From Candidatus Heimdallarchaeota archaeon (GTDB taxonomy: Archaea > Asgardarchaeota > Heimdallarchaeia > Heimdallarchaeales > Heimdallarchaeaceae): 29,749 bases of DNA. Below, piece by piece: positions 26,865 to 29,749 of the stretch (its first letter is position 1; the number at the start of each line of letters is the position of its first letter). A program made the position numbers and the translations under genes. The notes below the pieces were generated by a model. It worked only from the letters and a program-made list of their open reading frames with translations. It was not told where the DNA came from and searched no databases. The DNA lies in assembly GCA_021399395.1 (NCBI GenBank), contig JAAFKJ010000178.1, positions 1 to 29,749 on the forward strand. The letters run 5' to 3'.

Positions 26865-29749
26865 TTCCTTTTGACATGATCAGGGCACTTGTAAAGTTTT
26901 TCTTCTTTGAACATCCCTTTCTTCTCTATCTCTTTTGAATGTTTCTTACAAAGAACCTTTTTACAATTAGAACATCGCACTATATGCTCTTCACAAACAT
27001 AATCATCACAGAAGTCACACTTTGTAGCTATTTTTGATGATATCACATTCTTACAATATGAACAAATTACAGCATGCTCGGAACATAGAATAGAGTTTGT
27101 AGTACTATCAACAATAGTATGGTCTTGACATAATACTTTTCCACAAACCGAACAAACATCTGGTGTCGAAATAAAAAGCATTTTTGCAGAATGTTTACTC
27201 AAACACATATCACACAGCAGATGAATCTCAGTACCAAGAACAGATTCAGCGATACCATTTACTTTGATTTGATTTCCTTGTGAATCAACTATAGATATCT
27301 CTGCTAATGAAACTGGAATATATACCAAAGCTGCATAAATATCTTTGATTTCTGACGATTTTGGTGTGATGAAATCTTTCTTGTTAATTATATGTTTGCT
27401 TTCATCTAGCATCTTAACTTTGGGTGAGGTTTTGATCATTTTGTCGATTTCTTTGATTCTAGCTACACCATTTTCAACTTCCTTAACGAAGTTCTTCACC
27501 ACTTCTGGACCAAATCTGATGGTTTCAATAGCTTTGTTGTAATTTCCAACTTCTCCTGTGCTCTTGTACTTGAACTTATCTTGCATCAATGGTTTTAGGG
27601 TGACATAGATGGCCTTCGCTTCCTCAATTTTAGCTTTGAATTGTTTCACTTTCTTTCTCTTATCATCTATTATTGTCCAGATCAGATCTCTTTCCTTTTC
27701 TAATTCCTCTAACCAAACTTTAATTTCTGCTTTATGCTCATCTTCTATCTTGAGTAACCCTTCATTTATGGCACTAGACCACGCGTCCACATAGAAAGTA
27801 TGATCAATAAGCAACACATCATGGAAAGATTCGAGAATGCTTTCTGGTTTTCTTTGTACATTGAGTTGTTTAATATTTGATGAAGATGGAGCAAATAAAC
27901 TCCCAAGATTCTTCATTGGTAGTATGGAAATTAATTCTTCAAATACTTCTTCAGGTTGAATAGGAATACTAGTTTCATTCCAGACTTTCTCCCCATCCTT
28001 GAATTCAATGCGGTCAACTAATGGGAATATTCTTTTTATTGGTAGTTCTAGAATAACTTCTTCCCATCGTTCTGCATTTGCATAATATACTTTTATTCGC
28101 CGATTTGCTTTGATTTGAAAGTCTAAGTAGAGGAAAGGAAGATAAGCTAATTCGAGATTTTCTGTACCTAGATATTTGATTTTTTCTCTACCAAAAAACT
28201 TCTGTAAAAGGTCCTTAAAATCTACAGGTTCATACTTGAGATATTGTTCTCCCATTGACTTAACAATATGGCTTAAATCAATAGATTCGATAATTTCAGG
28301 CTTTTCCGCTATTTTAGTTACAGGAGTTTCTTCAAGAGATTCTTCGGATTCTTCAACTTCAGATTCATCATCAAAGATTTCAGGTTCGATGTCAACTTGA
28401 TCATCCAATAAACTAGAGGATTTAGTTAGTTTACGAATTATTGAGAGTTCTTTTTCTAAATCTTCTAAATTTAGTTCTTTCTCAATATCTTCAAAATCTA
28501 CTGAATCAATATCATGATCGTAATCACCTATTTGTTTACATAGAGTTGGAGGAGGTAATTCATACATTCGTGCTACATCTTCATCTGATAGAGTTTTATG
28601 GATCGAATACAATCTCCTAGTAAGAATATGTACTGGAGCTTTGAAATTGTCTGGAGATAAAACGTAAAACTCTCCACTTCTAAATTTTGGAAGTTGATCA
28701 ACTATGAATCTTGCTTCAGGATGAGACTGAAGCATCTTATCAACAATTCTCAAATCTTGAGGAGTAACAAACCTCCCAAAGAGGAATGTACTCACTTGCC
28801 CAAAAGCTTTGTAGTCTACATCGCTGATATTTTGTGTAGCAACTAACATTGATAAACCAAACTTTCGTCCTTGTTTAAACAACAGTTGTAACCATTGTTT
28901 AGTAGGTGGATTTCTGGGATGAGGAGGGATCAATTGAGGTGGTCCTGCTAACTCATCTATATAGAAAATAAGTTGAGGATCAGAAGAGGGGTTTGAACGG
29001 ATATAGGTGTAGAGACTTTGAGCTAGGGTTGTAATATATAGTTCTCTTAACCTCAAATTGGCTAGAGTATTAAGAAATATAATCGCAATTCTAATTTTAT
29101 CGGGATCAGTTGATTTGATTAAAGTCTGAATAGATAATTTAGGTCCTAAGTTAAAGACTAGGGAAGGAGCCCCAACTGTTACTGATTTTATTCTCTTGAT
29201 TAATGATTCTTTTTCTCTAGTAGAGAGAAGTGATCGTATACTACTAGAAAGATAAGCTTCTTCTGTTTTTATCAGATCAATCAACATTTCAAAATCAGCT
29301 ATCAAAATGTCTTTCTCTAAACATTGCTCGAAAAGAGAAACTAGATAGGCTTTTACAGCCCCTCCCTTCTCTGAATTAAGTTTGTATCTTAAAACATTAG
29401 CCATGGTTGTTGCCATACCATCGATAGCTAGAATTTTCTCTTCCCTATCTAGTTCCTGAGGAGGCATTATTAGAGGATTTATAGAAAGAGGAATCCCCTT
29501 TTCAGATGCTGGTGTGAAAATTACTACTTCAATTTTGTCCTTATATTGATTATAGAATTCCTCTGAAATCCCATAAGGTTTAAGTTTTTCATAGTCCTCT
29601 ACCATTGCTAAACAGCTGATATCACCTTGAGGATCAATAATAATTGCAGGAATATTTGCTTTACTAATAGCTTCCTCAATTATGATCTTACAAGCTACTG
29701 TTTTTCCACTTCCAGATTGCCCAAAGACACTCACATGCTTGTTAAGCGC
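26861..29749 (-). CDS. HerA/FtsK-family ATPase (DUF87/DUF853-like) with acidic linker, coiled coil and C-terminal Cys/His Zn-binding repeats; 5' end lies outside the window
   Basis: The frame is open to the window edge (ALNKHVSVFGQSGSGKT). IIDPQGD, IFTPAS, Walker B FYIDE, arginine finger QGRKFG, sensor ATQN; many CxxC/CxxH pairs at the C-terminus. Confidence 0.85.
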   Translation of the reverse strand, partial: ALNKHVSVFGQSGSGKTVACKIIIEEAISKANIPAIIIDPQGDISCLAMVEDYEKLKPYGISEEFYNQYKDKIEVVIFTPASEKGIPLSINPLIMPPQELDREEKILAIDGMATTMANVLRYKLNSEKGGAVKAYLVSLFEQCLEKDILIADFEMLIDLIKTEEAYLSSSIRSLLSTREKESLIKRIKSVTVGAPSLVFNLGPKLSIQTLIKSTDPDKIRIAIIFLNTLANLRLRELYITTLAQSLYTYIRSNPSSDPQLIFYIDELAGPPQLIPPHPRNPPTKQWLQLLFKQGRKFGLSMLVATQNISDVDYKAFGQVSTFLFGRFVTPQDLRIVDKMLQSHPEARFIVDQLPKFRSGEFYVLSPDNFKAPVHILTRRLYSIHKTLSDEDVARMYELPPPTLCKQIGDYDHDIDSVDFEDIEKELNLEDLEKELSIIRKLTKSSSLLDDQVDIEPEIFDDESEVEESEESLEETPVTKIAEKPEIIESIDLSHIVKSMGEQYLKYEPVDFKDLLQKFFGREKIKYLGTENLELAYLPFLYLDFQIKANRRIKVYYANAERWEEVILELPIKRIFPLVDRIEFKDGEKVWNETSIPIQPEEVFEELISILPMKNLGSLFAPSSSNIKQLNVQRKPESILESFHDVLLIDHTFYVDAWSSAINEGLLKIEDEHKAEIKVWLEELEKERDLIWTIIDDKRKKVKQFKAKIEEAKAIYVTLKPLMQDKFKYKSTGEVGNYNKAIETIRFGPEVVKNFVKEVENGVARIKEIDKMIKTSPKVKMLDESKHIINKKDFITPKSSEIKDIYAALVYIPVSLAEISIVDSQGNQIKVNGIAESVLGTEIHLLCDMCLSKHSAKMLFISTPDVCSVCGKVLCQDHTIVDSTTNSILCSEHAVICSYCKNVISSKIATKCDFCDDYVCEEHIVRCSNCKKVLCKKHSKEIEKKGMFKEEKLYKCPDHVKRK

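Noticed and set aside
1363-28400. Many 60-113 aa ORFs nested in or antisense to long genes (e.g. 2023-2343, 3322-3603, 5358-5657, 8759-9100, 19978-20262, 28176-28400)
   Set aside because: They lie within or almost wholly within well-supported CDSs and show no motifs; they are shadow ORFs.
29732-29734. GTG start of the HerA-like ORF given in the ORF track
   Set aside because: It lies just before Walker A and the frame is open to the window edge, so the true start is outside the window.
1-29749. CRISPR array, tRNA or rRNA genes
   Set aside because: The intergenic gaps are short and AT-rich; no spaced direct repeats or cloverleaf-like GC-rich segments were seen by eye.

Overview
AT-rich, gene-dense archaeal window. 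It most likely comes from an Asgard archaeon (Heimdallarchaeia-like); this is inferred from an Arf-like small GTPase fused to a longin-like domain, a membrane RING-finger protein, an archaeal class III (pilin) signal peptide, and archaeal-style GGTG/GAGGT ribosome-binding motifs and oligo-T tracts. About 24 CDSs are supported. Recognisable genes: CE4 deacetylase, membrane alpha/beta-hydrolase, DUF998-like protein, SPFH-zinc-ribbon protein, FTR1 permease, cellulose-synthase-like GT2, hypB/hypA, SAM methyltransferase, Xaa-Pro peptidase, nfo, split Rv2004c-like kinases and a 5'-truncated HerA-like ATPase. Best novelty candidates: (1) an overlapping pair of paralogous membrane proteins built from repeated 'TM hairpin + Trp/Lys amphipathic helix' modules, one ending in a Zn-ribbon plus MIOS/Sea4-like RING; (2) two adjacent, apparently catalytically dead nucleotidyltransferase-fold domains, one fused to a STAND/AAA+-like ATPase; (3) a helical-solenoid / Arf-longin / Zn-ribbon membrane protein cluster; (4) a coupled HerA-kinase-kinase-EndoIV operon; (5) a hairpin-rich segment at the left edge resembling a TnpB 3' end/omega-RNA. 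No rRNA, tRNA or CRISPR array was seen. All family calls come from reading motifs by eye; no database search was run.
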